From IMG/VR virus record IMGVR_UViG_3300032277_002977, positions 1-42,530 of that record: 42,530 bases of DNA; one strand, written 5' to 3'. This DNA comes from a virus. Taxonomy: Duplodnaviria > Caudoviricetes. Position 1 is the stretch's first letter. Every line of letters begins with the position of its first letter. The position numbers and the translations under genes were made by a program. Below are positions 8,987-18,380 of the stretch, in pieces. The notes beneath the pieces were generated by a model. The model made no database searches. It saw only the letters and a list, made by a program, of their open reading frames with translations, and had not been told where the DNA came from.

Positions 8987-11900
8987 CAGGCAACCCGTCT
9001 CTGCGCCGCACCCGTCGCATAACTATTGGTGACGCCCGCCATTTGCCGCATTGACCTACTGACATCTTCACGCAACTTGCGGATTTCAGCCGTCATCAAC
9101 GTCACCGCCTCGACCACTTCCGAATTGTCGGGTTTATTCAGGGGCTCGCTCGGATTAACCGTGCCGGGCCGGTCGATAACGATACTCTCCGCCCGTTCCT
9201 CGCCGACGACAAATTCCTCTCCCGCCTGAAACCGCCCGCCCTTGCGCAATCCCCGCAGGACACGTGTCCCGGCAGACTCAACCGACCGGTACTGCCCCTC
9301 CAGGTCGGACTGATAGGACCCGAACCGCACGCCAGCCGCATCCTGGAACGGCTGCATATTCTCACGCGGTGATGTTGTCAGCGCATTTTGTGAAAACGCA
9401 CCATTATCCCCAAAATTAAAATCATTACCGGCGGAGCGTGTTCCGGCCCCTCCCGCACCAGGCAACCCAAAAGCTGAAGAAACTTTATCGAATCCCTTGT
9501 CAAGTTTCCCGAAGGCACCATCAACGACGGCTCCAATTGTTTTTCTACCGCTTAGAACATCGTAAACCGCCCCAGCCAACCCCGTACCAAATGGACCACT
9601 ATTATTCGCTATGCCGCTAGTCACCGCTTCCCGGCCAAGGTTTATCGCAAAACCGGCCAACAACGCTGAAGGCGTGAACATGGACAATATGCCGGTTAAT
9701 GCGCCCGCCGCCCTCGACCCAAAGAATCCCGTGTCTGTGCCCGCACCAAAAAATGATCCAATTTTGTCAAAAAATGAACCGCCCCGGCGATCAATTATAT
9801 TGCCTTCCTCGTCAAAAACGTTTTGCAGCACATCATCCGGTAACTGGAAACTGGCGTCATAATCTTCGTTATTGTCATTACCACCACGCGGGCTAGACCG
9901 TCCACCGTCCCAACCATCGAAGTCCCCCGCTGATCCGCCAAGACTGCCCGTGCCCGGCCCCTCGCTGTCAAAATCCCCGGCAGACCCACCCAGCGAGAAC
10001 CTTGGCAGACCGTCAGCACCAACCACTCCGCCCTGCGCAAAACCCGGAACCTGATTGTCGTTGATAGCATGCAGCATTGGCAGCCATTTTTTCGTCTGCT
10101 GCGCATTGATGATAAATTCCCCGTTCGAAACGAAGGCTGGGATGGAATCCGATGTCCCCGTCCCCGGGCCCCGCACTTTACCGCCATCGGCAAAGAACAA
10201 TCCTTTGACGAAACTCGCCGCGCCCGACACCACGTCGCCAATCACCGACCCGGCACCAGATGACCCCGATCCCAGACCCAGCACCCCGCCAACCGCACCA
10301 ATCAGGTCCTGCGCCGCCAGCCGCGCCAACCCGACTTTCATGGAATTGAGAAAGTCCGCCGTTGATACCTTGGCACCGGAAAAGAACTTGGTCAGCGCGT
10401 CCTCAATCCCGCCAAACGCCCCAACCAGAAACCGCCCGGCGTTTTCGCCGTACTTCGCCATTCCGTCGAAATAGTCCTGAGTGACAGCCGACGCCGAGCG
10501 CCCAAACATCTTTTCCTGCTGGCGTTCGAAATCACGGGCAACCTTTTCCTGTGTTGTCGACCGTTTCGCCGCATATTCCTTATCGATTGTCAGAAGCGCC
10601 GCCTGAAACTGTTTCTCTGTAATCAACCCCTTGCGCTTGAGTGCAAAAAATTTTTGTTCGTTTTTCACCCGCTCCCGCGCCAGCAGTTTCAGGGGATGCA
10701 GTTGCGCCTTTGCCGCCCGATCTTCCAGCGTCGTCAGTTCCTTGAGCGCCGCTTTTTTCGCCGCCACCCGCGACGTCGCTTCTTGTTTGGATTCACGGAC
10801 CAGACCCTTGACAAACTTCGCTTCCGCCGCCAGCGCCTTCGTATGATCCGCCTCCACAGCCGTCTGGTATTTGGCATCTGCCGCCGCCTGACGGGCCTGA
10901 CGTTTCAGGGCTTCTTCCGCCTCAAGCCGGGCATTGATCTCGCCCAGTTTCGCATGGGTCTTGGCCAGTTCCTGTTCTTTCAGTTCCCGCGACATTTTAA
11001 GCTGGTTGAGCTGGACTTGATCCGGTTGCTTGCCGTCAAGCGGACTGATCGCAAGCGCCTGCTTGCTGTAAATCTCATCAAGTTCCGCGCCCAGTTCCTT
11101 GGCCTCTGCCGTCAGCACCGCAAACTGGCTCTGTTCGCTGGGGAACATCGCGGCGTTGATACGGTCGACACCGCGCCCGAAATTTGCCATCAACACCGTC
11201 GCCGCGTCGACCGGACCATGATTTCCGATATTCTCAAGAAACAGCCCGACGTTTTCCGCCAGCGTGTCATAGGCCCCGGCCAGACCCCCGGCTTCCGCCG
11301 TACCGGCTCCGCCAACCTGTTTTTCCAGCGCCTGCAAAATCAGGTTCTGCGCCGCAGCCGCATCCCCAGACTCATGCAGTTTGCGGATCATCTGTTCCTG
11401 ACTGGCTGTGAACGACACCCCGACGCGACGAAGGTTCGACAATCCCCTGACCGGGTCTTCCATGGCTTTCGCCAGTTGCACGGTTGCCGATTCAATCGTT
11501 CCGAAGCCCAGCGCCGCCAAATCCTGCGCCGCCGTCAGGGTCCGTTTGAACGCATCCCCGGAAATCGAGCGGAACGTCAACAGTTGAGCCGCAGCGTTTC
11601 TGGCCCCACCAACACTGGCCAGCGTGCCCTTGCCGATAGAGATCGACAGCGCATCAATTTCCTGCGCCGTCTGCCCTGATGTATACCCCGTTGTCTTGTT
11701 GACCTGCTCGATCTTGAACATGGCCCGCTCGTACTCGCTGGCCCGCGTGATCGCCTTGCCCATTGCGAATACCCCGGACCCGGCGGCAAGTACAAATCCA
11801 CCCACCGCCAGCCCCGCCGTACCGGCCAGTGACGCGATGCCCGAAAATCTTGACGCTATCCCGCCGAGCGGCCCGTGCATCACCGCAGTGACCTGCGCCA

Positions 11901-12105
11901 TTTGCCGCAACGACCCCTGCAACTTGTTCGACGACCGGTCCAGCGTCAGCAACGCCTTGTTCGGCTTTGCCGTCGCGGTCGAAATCCCCCTGAGTGCGCC
12001 CTGCCCCGCCTTGCCGAATTTCCGAAGTTCCGCTATCGCGGCGGCGGAATCCTTCACCCCCAGTCGATAGTAGATTTCCTGTGCAGAATTCATGTTTCCA
12101 TTCAC
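8986..12105 (-). CDS. Tail tape measure protein
   Basis: 1039 aa, Ala-rich helical; 'QLAKAMEDPVRGLSNLRRVG' and 'FADGGKVRGPGTGTSDSIPA..SNGEFII' motifs. Confidence 0.92.
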   Translation of the reverse strand: MNGNMNSAQEIYYRLGVKDSAAAIAELRKFGKAGQGALRGISTATAKPNKALLTLDRSSNKLQGSLRQMAQVTAVMHGPLGGIASRFSGIASLAGTAGLAVGGFVLAAGSGVFAMGKAITRASEYERAMFKIEQVNKTTGYTSGQTAQEIDALSISIGKGTLASVGGARNAAAQLLTFRSISGDAFKRTLTAAQDLAALGFGTIESATVQLAKAMEDPVRGLSNLRRVGVSFTASQEQMIRKLHESGDAAAAQNLILQALEKQVGGAGTAEAGGLAGAYDTLAENVGLFLENIGNHGPVDAATVLMANFGRGVDRINAAMFPSEQSQFAVLTAEAKELGAELDEIYSKQALAISPLDGKQPDQVQLNQLKMSRELKEQELAKTHAKLGEINARLEAEEALKRQARQAAADAKYQTAVEADHTKALAAEAKFVKGLVRESKQEATSRVAAKKAALKELTTLEDRAAKAQLHPLKLLARERVKNEQKFFALKRKGLITEKQFQAALLTIDKEYAAKRSTTQEKVARDFERQQEKMFGRSASAVTQDYFDGMAKYGENAGRFLVGAFGGIEDALTKFFSGAKVSTADFLNSMKVGLARLAAQDLIGAVGGVLGLGSGSSGAGSVIGDVVSGAASFVKGLFFADGGKVRGPGTGTSDSIPAFVSNGEFIINAQQTKKWLPMLHAINDNQVPGFAQGGVVGADGLPRFSLGGSAGDFDSEGPGTGSLGGSAGDFDGWDGGRSSPRGGNDNNEDYDASFQLPDDVLQNVFDEEGNIIDRRGGSFFDKIGSFFGAGTDTGFFGSRAAGALTGILSMFTPSALLAGFAINLGREAVTSGIANNSGPFGTGLAGAVYDVLSGRKTIGAVVDGAFGKLDKGFDKVSSAFGLPGAGGAGTRSAGNDFNFGDNGAFSQNALTTSPRENMQPFQDAAGVRFGSYQSDLEGQYRSVESAGTRVLRGLRKGGRFQAGEEFVVGEERAESIVIDRPGTVNPSEPLNKPDNSEVVEAVTLMTAEIRKLREDVSRSMRQMAGVTNSYATGAAQRRVA

Positions 12106-12109
12106 TCAC

Positions 12110-12133
12110 AAAAAAGGCCGCCCGAAGGCGACC
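12110..12133 (-). terminator. Rho-independent terminator after the inserted lipoprotein gene
   Basis: Minus strand reads GGTCGCC-TTCG-GGCGGCC-TTTTTT. Confidence 0.85.
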
Positions 12134-12183
12134 GTGAACATATTAACTTCAGTATCTGGGCGGCTTAAACCAGGTGCCCTCCG

Positions 12184-12711
12184 TCAACCTCCTCCGCAGC
12201 GAAGCGCTTGAGCCGCCGCCATTTTCTTGCCAACACTCACAACACAGCCCGGCAATTCATCAGACCAGCGCGGGATTCTCCATCTCGTCATACAACGGGC
12301 TTCAGCACCAATCCGCAACGCGGCTTCATTGATCACCTTGTAGCACTTCTTTCGCATACACAGCGCCGTGCCGACATTAATATTCAGAGGTCGGTTTGGG
12401 TCGGTTCGTACCAACCCCGCCAAAAACCCGTCAACAAGCCCGCCGGCGGAAAACGAGCCCAGACCTCCATTGACAACACCATCAATGACGGCATGTTCAG
12501 CACCCTTGGAAAGGGTAGAGGATGTAACCTCCGAACCACCCCCTTGGTAATTCTCGATTTTACCTTCAGCATCAGCACGGCAATATGCCAGATCAGATTC
12601 AAACCGTCCTGTGTTGTCCACCTTCTCCATGTCAAACTGCGGCGGTGGATACCCCGCACACCCCGCCGCCGCCGCAAGGCCCGTAACCACCAGAACTATC
12701 CGTTTCCACAT
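12184..12711 (-). CDS. Accessory (moron) lipoprotein with a Gly-rich hydrophobic stretch
   Basis: MWKRIVLVVTGLAAAAG-C lipobox; inserted between the tail chaperone and TMP; has its own terminator. Confidence 0.75.
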   Translation of the reverse strand: MWKRIVLVVTGLAAAAGCAGYPPPQFDMEKVDNTGRFESDLAYCRADAEGKIENYQGGGSEVTSSTLSKGAEHAVIDGVVNGGLGSFSAGGLVDGFLAGLVRTDPNRPLNINVGTALCMRKKCYKVINEAALRIGAEARCMTRWRIPRWSDELPGCVVSVGKKMAAAQALRCGGG

Positions 12712-12764
12712 AACCACCCCCCGGTTGTGACCGGCTGAATGGTACCCTCTTTTTTTACGCCGTG

Positions 12765-13097
12765 TCACCCTTTTCCGAACCGGGCCTTGCGTTCTCTGAC
12801 CAGCGGGTTGACAGCCCCGTCCATCACCTGAAACGCCGCGATGGTTTTCGCCGCCTGATCAAGGTACCCGCCGCCACCCGGCATCACCCCGCGTTCCCGC
12901 CATAATGACCAGGCCTCGACAATGTCGCCCGCTTCCGCGCCGATCAGGTGCAGCGGATGAACCCGGAGGGATGGCCAGCCTATTTCCGCGAGGCCCCAGC
13001 GGTCTTCTTCCGGGGCCGGGTTTTCTTCGGTGTAGTCCGCGCCGTCGGCGAAGTCTCCGGGCCAGAGTCCCCAGGCGACGGCGAGACGGAGTTTTTT
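12765..13097 (-). CDS. gpT-like extension of the tail assembly chaperone, reached by -1 frameshift
   Basis: Slippery A-AAA-AAC at 13097-13091; the -1 frame is open for 110 codons (KKLRLAVAWG...MPGGGGYLDQAAKTIAAFQVMD...) to TGA at 12765. Confidence 0.85.
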   Translation of the reverse strand, partial: KKLRLAVAWGLWPGDFADGADYTEENPAPEEDRWGLAEIGWPSLRVHPLHLIGAEAGDIVEAWSLWRERGVMPGGGGYLDQAAKTIAAFQVMDGAVNPLVRERKARFGKG

Positions 13098-13681
13098 TCC
13101 TCACTCCCCGAAAGATACATCAGTTCGGCAATTCGCCAGTCCAGTTCATTCATGTGTTCCGGCGGAATACGAACCATGTCATCTTCGCTAAGCCCTCCAT
13201 GCCCGGAGATGACACCGACCGGCAATGTTGCGTCATCGTCGCCCACCCAGCCGACCACAAGGGCGCGCACTGCTTCCTGGGCATGTACGGACAAATAAAA
13301 CTCGTTATCCGCAAACTTCTGTGCATAAGGCTGCCATGCCCGCCGGATCAGGCTTTCCACTTCCTGAAATTCACTCAAGAGTCGCTCAGCCTTGACGCCC
13401 TTCTTTAGAACGCCATCGACGGCGGCGTAATAGGTTTCGATAACTGACCGAAGTTTTTCAACCTGCTCCGCATCGCCAATATTCCCAGCCAGTCCATCAA
13501 GTCCGGCCAGCAGCGATTCCCGCATGACGTCCGGCACCCAGTATTGAGCGCCCAGCGCCCGAACCTGGCGTCGGATCACTGCCCGGTCCGTGACTCCCGG
13601 CGTGCGGATTGAATACGTCCGCCGCCGCCCGGTGACCGGCGTGAATTCAACCAGCGCACCGGCTCTGTGTAAAATCTCCAT
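12980..13681 (-). CDS. Tail assembly chaperone (gpG-like)
   Basis: Follows the tail tube via TGATG; contains the 'EEKNS' slippery-site peptide. Confidence 0.8.
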   Translation of the reverse strand: MEILHRAGALVEFTPVTGRRRTYSIRTPGVTDRAVIRRQVRALGAQYWVPDVMRESLLAGLDGLAGNIGDAEQVEKLRSVIETYYAAVDGVLKKGVKAERLLSEFQEVESLIRRAWQPYAQKFADNEFYLSVHAQEAVRALVVGWVGDDDATLPVGVISGHGGLSEDDMVRIPPEHMNELDWRIAELMYLSGSEEKNSVSPSPGDSGPETSPTARTTPKKTRPRKKTAGASRK

Positions 13682-14862
13682 CAGTGAAAACACATCCACA
13701 GACCGGCATCGGCGCCCTGACCCTGAAACGGAATTTCTTCCGCCGCAAATCCGCTGTTATCGGATGGCGATCCGCCGGTATAACGTACCTGCGGCATCAG
13801 CAGGCTGACCCGGTTGCCCACCGTGCTGCCCCAGCGCATGATAATATCCTTGGGCGTCTGGTTGAAAAAATCGGACACGTTGTCGCGGGTTGTCAGGGCG
13901 GTCATGTTGGGAGAAATCGTGCCCGTCGTTTTACGCCGGATAATCCCCGCCGAATCATATCCGTATTGTGCCGCCGGATCATCCGCCTGGGCGATTTCAT
14001 TGCCAAGGTCAATCGTAAAACGATTGAACTTTACCGCAGACCCACCCAACAGGGATTCCGTGGCGATAAAAGCGACTGGCGACACAGTATCGAATGTCGC
14101 AGCGCCGGGGTGCGTCACATCCGTTGGTACTGATGGCAGGACGCCGGTAAACGTGAAATTCGCCTGGGCGATACCGCGTGTCGCGATTTCAAGGCTCATG
14201 TTACCGGCGGCACTTCTGACGCGCCGCAACCTTGAATCTGTCGCCGCTGCCGTCCCATGCTGATAGGACCACAGCGTCAACACCTCAAGCGCCGTCGACG
14301 CCGGACGGTACAGCACACAGGCCGGGATGGTATAGGTTGTCGTCACGTCAGGCGTCGTTGTCCAGGCCTTCGCCACTGTCGCCACCTTGGTCGTGCCGTT
14401 ATAAGCCGTAATCACCGCCGACTGACCGGTCCCGGTTCCACCATCAAGCTCAATCACCATACCCTTGTAGGCATCATCTGTTGTCGATGGACCTGACGCG
14501 GCGAGCGTAATGGTTGATGTCGCCCCCGCCTGCGCTGTGCCGGTCAAATCGCTGGCCAGCGTCGTTTCCGCCATCCCGCAGCCCCGATACAGCGCGGCAG
14601 ATTCCGGTGCAGTTCCACCTGTGCCCGAGCCCTTCAGTTTGGTGGCGAACGACTTGCCAACGGAACCGCCGCCGACAATCGGGTTACCGACATCAAGGGA
14701 CCCGGTATGCTCCGCATCCGTATCGAGAATATCGAAATTTGGCGAATACTGAATACCTTCAACCTTGATGGCATCAGACCCGACCGTCGGTGTTTCTTCC
14801 GTATCCGTTGCCGCCTGAACCTTGGCCAGCAACGTTTGATTTAGCGTGCGAAAATCGGACAT
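13681..14862 (-). CDS. Major tail tube protein with an internal beta-rich accessory domain
   Basis: 'LLAKVQ..TPT..DAI', 'LKGSGTGGTAPE' and 'WGSTVGNRV' motifs; position. Confidence 0.85.
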   Translation of the reverse strand: MSDFRTLNQTLLAKVQAATDTEETPTVGSDAIKVEGIQYSPNFDILDTDAEHTGSLDVGNPIVGGGSVGKSFATKLKGSGTGGTAPESAALYRGCGMAETTLASDLTGTAQAGATSTITLAASGPSTTDDAYKGMVIELDGGTGTGQSAVITAYNGTTKVATVAKAWTTTPDVTTTYTIPACVLYRPASTALEVLTLWSYQHGTAAATDSRLRRVRSAAGNMSLEIATRGIAQANFTFTGVLPSVPTDVTHPGAATFDTVSPVAFIATESLLGGSAVKFNRFTIDLGNEIAQADDPAAQYGYDSAGIIRRKTTGTISPNMTALTTRDNVSDFFNQTPKDIIMRWGSTVGNRVSLLMPQVRYTGGSPSDNSGFAAEEIPFQGQGADAGLWMCFH

Positions 14863-14865
14863 GGT

Positions 14866-15033
14866 TTAGGATTCCTGTTCTGATTTCTGGCCGCGATCTG
14901 CGGGCTTGGCTGATTTCTTGGGTGGAGTGAATGTATCGGCCTTTACCTTGACCGGGTCCGGGTCCGGCAGGCGAACCGCGCCTCCGGCAACACCGCCGCT
15001 GGAGGCGCGGCGATGTGAATTCTTTGACGTCAT
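14866..15033 (-). CDS. 55-aa low-complexity hypothetical protein (absent from the ORF track)
   Basis: AAGGAAG RBS, ATG 15033, open to TAA 14866, fills the gap exactly. Confidence 0.55.
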   Translation of the reverse strand: MTSKNSHRRASSGGVAGGAVRLPDPDPVKVKADTFTPPKKSAKPADRGQKSEQES

Positions 15034-15048
15034 CTGTCTTCCTTTCCG

Positions 15049-15492
15049 TCAGTTTGCGGCATAGGGATCGCTTTCCCCATGCTCGAAGTCGATTTCAAAA
15101 TCCAGAGTGAATTCTGCGTATGGTTTTTCCTGATCCTCACTGAGAATTGCCGGGTCAGACATTTCGGTATCTCGTACATCGATAGCCATCCCCCCCAGCG
15201 AAACATCGGCTATGAGTGCCTTAATCACCTTGCCCGAAACATCGTCAATGGCATCCGCCATGTCGTCCAGCGCCGCCGCCGTGACGTAACATTCAACGGC
15301 AACCGCCAGCGTTTTTACTGCCGTGCCGCTGTAAATGGTTTTCGCCACATGGCCGCCATCAATCTGGATGATACAGTTCATTTCAGCCGGTTCCGGTTCC
15401 CGGTCGAGGTTGCGGAAATAGGTCAAACCACCAATTGCCGTCAACGTCACCCCAACCGCGTCCAGGGCAAGTCCTCGTCTGGTCAACGCCAT
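15049..15492 (-). CDS. Tail terminator-like protein
   Basis: Acidic, about 147 aa, ends 'DPYAAN'; lies upstream of the tail tube. Confidence 0.7.
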   Translation of the reverse strand: MALTRRGLALDAVGVTLTAIGGLTYFRNLDREPEPAEMNCIIQIDGGHVAKTIYSGTAVKTLAVAVECYVTAAALDDMADAIDDVSGKVIKALIADVSLGGMAIDVRDTEMSDPAILSEDQEKPYAEFTLDFEIDFEHGESDPYAAN

Positions 15493-15494
15493 AA

Positions 15495-16178
15495 TCAGTT
15501 CCCCGGCCAATTGTTCAGAATATCGCGCCCCAGTTCTCGCTGGGCGCGTCGTTTGGCACCCTTCGCGTCAATCCGCCGGGGCAAGCGCACCTGCTTGACC
15601 AGGACAAACAGGGCAACGGAAACCCGCCGCCCGGTGATCGGCGAATAGTCGCCGCGTTTCTTCCGGGTCCGGACTTTCGAACGTTTCAGTCCCGCCGTCA
15701 GGTTGTCGGCCACCACCAGAATGTTGCCGCGTTTTGTTTTCACATAGCGTACCGCGCCGAACCGCCGGATCGCCGCGTCTATATTTGACCACTTGCGCGC
15801 ATTACCGGCCCCAGGGGCTGACTTTCGCCAGTTGGTATGGAGTCCCAGTTTGACTGCCGCAGGCAACGCCACCGGCATAAACTTGGCCCTGCGCACTCGG
15901 ATAACCGGGCCAATGGAAAACGCCGAATGCAGCCTCTTGGCTTTGGAAAATACCACCGACGCCGCGCTTATGCTGTCGCCGGATTTCGGGTAGTGCACAA
16001 CCCGCACCGCTTTTTCCAGTTTGCGCCCCAGACCCGCCGCACGGACCTGTGAACGAAAATCTTTTTGTAACCGAACCGCCCCGGTCCGCGTCCCCCGCGT
16101 TATCCCCGTCGCCGCCTTTTTGCGCTCCTGCTCGATATGTTTTTCAAGATCGCCCTTGAGCGCCAGAATCAATCTCAT
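15495..16178 (-). CDS. Neck / tail-completion protein
   Basis: Very basic; 'RSQVRAAGLGRKL' and 'LFVLVKQVRLPRRID' motifs; position. Confidence 0.7.
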   Translation of the reverse strand: MRLILALKGDLEKHIEQERKKAATGITRGTRTGAVRLQKDFRSQVRAAGLGRKLEKAVRVVHYPKSGDSISAASVVFSKAKRLHSAFSIGPVIRVRRAKFMPVALPAAVKLGLHTNWRKSAPGAGNARKWSNIDAAIRRFGAVRYVKTKRGNILVVADNLTAGLKRSKVRTRKKRGDYSPITGRRVSVALFVLVKQVRLPRRIDAKGAKRRAQRELGRDILNNWPGN

Positions 16179-16510
16179 GACACAGGATCACCAACCGGCA
16201 CCATCCATATCAGATCGTGCGCCTGCCCTTCCGCAGGGACCGCCAATTTCAGGACCGTGAAGGTCCGCCCGTCGGCAAGGGCAAACTGATCACCCTTGAC
16301 CGGAGCAATAGCAACGTCCGCTGTCTGCACTTCCAGCGACCAGGCAGAAACACCGTTGATCCCATGCGCGCCAAAATCATCACCGACAGAATCCCGACTG
16401 ACGGATACATAAATCCCGGTGACTGGGCTCCCGGTCACCGGTGTATAGTCTGCCAATTTGCCACCCCGGCGAAACGCCGCCAGCAGCATTCTGGATTCCG
16501 GTGTTGTCAT
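16175..16510 (-). CDS. Head-tail joining (head closure, FII-like) protein
   Basis: 111 aa, 'PVKGDQF' motif, directly after the capsid gene. Confidence 0.65.
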   Translation of the reverse strand: MTTPESRMLLAAFRRGGKLADYTPVTGSPVTGIYVSVSRDSVGDDFGAHGINGVSAWSLEVQTADVAIAPVKGDQFALADGRTFTVLKLAVPAEGQAHDLIWMVPVGDPVS

Positions 16511-16570
16511 GAAAGATATCCTGAAACAGGGACCGGGTTGTACCCCGGCCCCATGTGTCTCAGATCAGGC

Positions 16571-17590
16571 CTAAGCCCGCTTGGCTTTCATCAGCACCTT
16601 CGGACGGGTGCAGAAAGCCAGTGGGTTGCTTTGTACTTCCCAGTGAACGGCGCGATCATTGTTCTTGCCGTCCGGGTCCTGCAGAACATAGCGCGGCAGC
16701 CCGATGGTATTTACGGTCTGCTTTGTGTCTGCAGGTGCATTGCGCTGTTCCCAAAGACCGGGGACACCGACCGGAGCCAACTTACATTCATTGGTTGCGA
16801 TAGCCACCGATGACCCATCATCGGACCCTTGATAATTTTCGAAATCAATTCCTGCGTAATGGAAGGAACTGAACGTATGATCATCACGCAGGAATTGCCC
16901 GTCATTCCAGCGATCAAAGGCCGCCTTGACGTTGGCGTGCGCTTTTAGATCATCGTAAAAAGTATCACCGCAAAGTGCCCTGATCTTGAACTTTCCACTG
17001 TGCGGAAGTTTCAAGTTCGTCGTCATGGTCCGGCGGATAGCAGCACATTTTTTGGCTATATCCGTGGTATCGGTCGTAAGCGCGAAATTAACTTCCGTTT
17101 CCTGTGTCACATTGAATTCCGTAAACAGGTTGACCAGCACGGTCGTTCCATCCGCATCCAGGATAATTCCCTGAAACGCCCCCAAGCGGTGGTTTTCAAT
17201 GGTCAGGTCCATTTCCAGCCCAACCGTGTCCATTTCCTGATGCACGATTGATTCCATGGTCTGCATCTGACTTTCCGAACCAAATGCCCGCACCCCCTGC
17301 ACTTGATCGGCGTAAACGGTAACTGCTTTTTTGATATGCGGCACATCAATCAGCCGCAACTTGCGCTTTTTCGCCGTTTTCACCGGAGCCGCTTCGCCGC
17401 GCTTTGATGTCGCGATCAATGACAGCGTGGTGTCATTTTCTTCAATCGCCACATGCGTGGTCGATATGCCCATTTCATTGAAATTAACCAGTTCGCCAAC
17501 CCGGCCAGGCACATAGTCCTGCTTGTTGACGTACGCCGTCAGGGACATCATCCCGAAGGCGTCAGTTCCAAAAACATTCATGGTATCCAT
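16571..17590 (-). CDS. Major capsid protein (lambda gpE family)
   Basis: 'QVQGVRAFGSE', 'TIENHRLGAFQGIILDADG' and 'EVQSNPLAFCTRP' motifs. Confidence 0.93.
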   Translation of the reverse strand: MDTMNVFGTDAFGMMSLTAYVNKQDYVPGRVGELVNFNEMGISTTHVAIEENDTTLSLIATSKRGEAAPVKTAKKRKLRLIDVPHIKKAVTVYADQVQGVRAFGSESQMQTMESIVHQEMDTVGLEMDLTIENHRLGAFQGIILDADGTTVLVNLFTEFNVTQETEVNFALTTDTTDIAKKCAAIRRTMTTNLKLPHSGKFKIRALCGDTFYDDLKAHANVKAAFDRWNDGQFLRDDHTFSSFHYAGIDFENYQGSDDGSSVAIATNECKLAPVGVPGLWEQRNAPADTKQTVNTIGLPRYVLQDPDGKNNDRAVHWEVQSNPLAFCTRPKVLMKAKRA

Positions 17591-17650
17591 AATAAGTTCC
17601 TCTCAGATTGTTCCGTTAAACGCCTGACGCCGTCAGGCGGAAAATTGTGG

Positions 17651-18298
17651 TTAGCGTGAAATGATCCCGACCGTCGCGAGTTCCGCCTTACCGGTGGTGA
17701 TCTGCCCGGCGCTCGCACCGGTAAACCACTGCAACGCAGCCCCATCGACTTCCGCGTCGCGGGCGACAATCACCGCCGCTACATCGGCAAGGGTGGCGTC
17801 CACGTTGTCATAAAGAACGGCGATAGCCGTTTCGGAACCGTCCGTATTAGTCGGGTCGTATTCCTTGTATTTACCGGACCCGGCAACCACCGTGATGACG
17901 AAACCGTCACCGGCAACAAAGTCCGTCGCGCCATCCGCCAGGGTAAACGCAAGGCCACCCGCCGAGAATGCTGCCGCGACGTCACCTGTACCGATTTCAA
18001 CACCATCCGGACCTTCAACCGTGAACGCCCCGACATTGGTGCCAGGCTCCATAATGGTCAGCTTGTAGTCGCCTACAACGGCACCCGCCGACACAGTGAC
18101 GGCCCCCATTGCACCGTCACCGGTATTACCGGCTGCTGCGGCAGAAGTCGCCGTACCGTCCTTGGTAATTTTTCCAAGAACCGCCCCGGCTTTCAAATTT
18201 TCACCCGTAATTAGGGTGATTGATTCCCGCGAACGGCTCCCCGCCGATTCACTCACAATAAATTCACCAGTATGCTGGCCTTCAGTCAATTCAGTCAT
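17651..18298 (-). CDS. Head decoration protein (gpD-like) with an internal insert
   Basis: 'EFIVSESAGSRSRE..L..GAVLGKIT' and 'DGSETAIAVLY' motifs. Confidence 0.88.
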   Translation of the reverse strand: MTELTEGQHTGEFIVSESAGSRSRESITLITGENLKAGAVLGKITKDGTATSAAAAGNTGDGAMGAVTVSAGAVVGDYKLTIMEPGTNVGAFTVEGPDGVEIGTGDVAAAFSAGGLAFTLADGATDFVAGDGFVITVVAGSGKYKEYDPTNTDGSETAIAVLYDNVDATLADVAAVIVARDAEVDGAALQWFTGASAGQITTGKAELATVGIISR

Positions 18299-18320
18299 TT
18301 CAGTCTCCAATTTTTGTCAC

Positions 18321-18345
18321 AAAAAAAGGCGGCCAAAAGGCCACC
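18321..18345 (-). terminator. Rho-independent terminator after the protease/scaffold gene
   Basis: Minus strand reads GGTGGCC-TTTT-GGCCGCC-TTTTTTT. Confidence 0.75.
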
Positions 18346-18380
18346 ACGTTGGTGCGGATATGACCCGCGATTTACGCCTT

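Noticed and set aside
10654-11679. Long antisense ORFs (341 aa here; also 22412-23260 and 28318-29151)
   Set aside because: Shadow frames of GC-rich genes with no RBS or recognisable motifs.
16525-16553. Hairpin after the capsid gene as a terminator
   Set aside because: The stem is present but the U-tract is poor (TGTTTC); it may only stabilise the mRNA.
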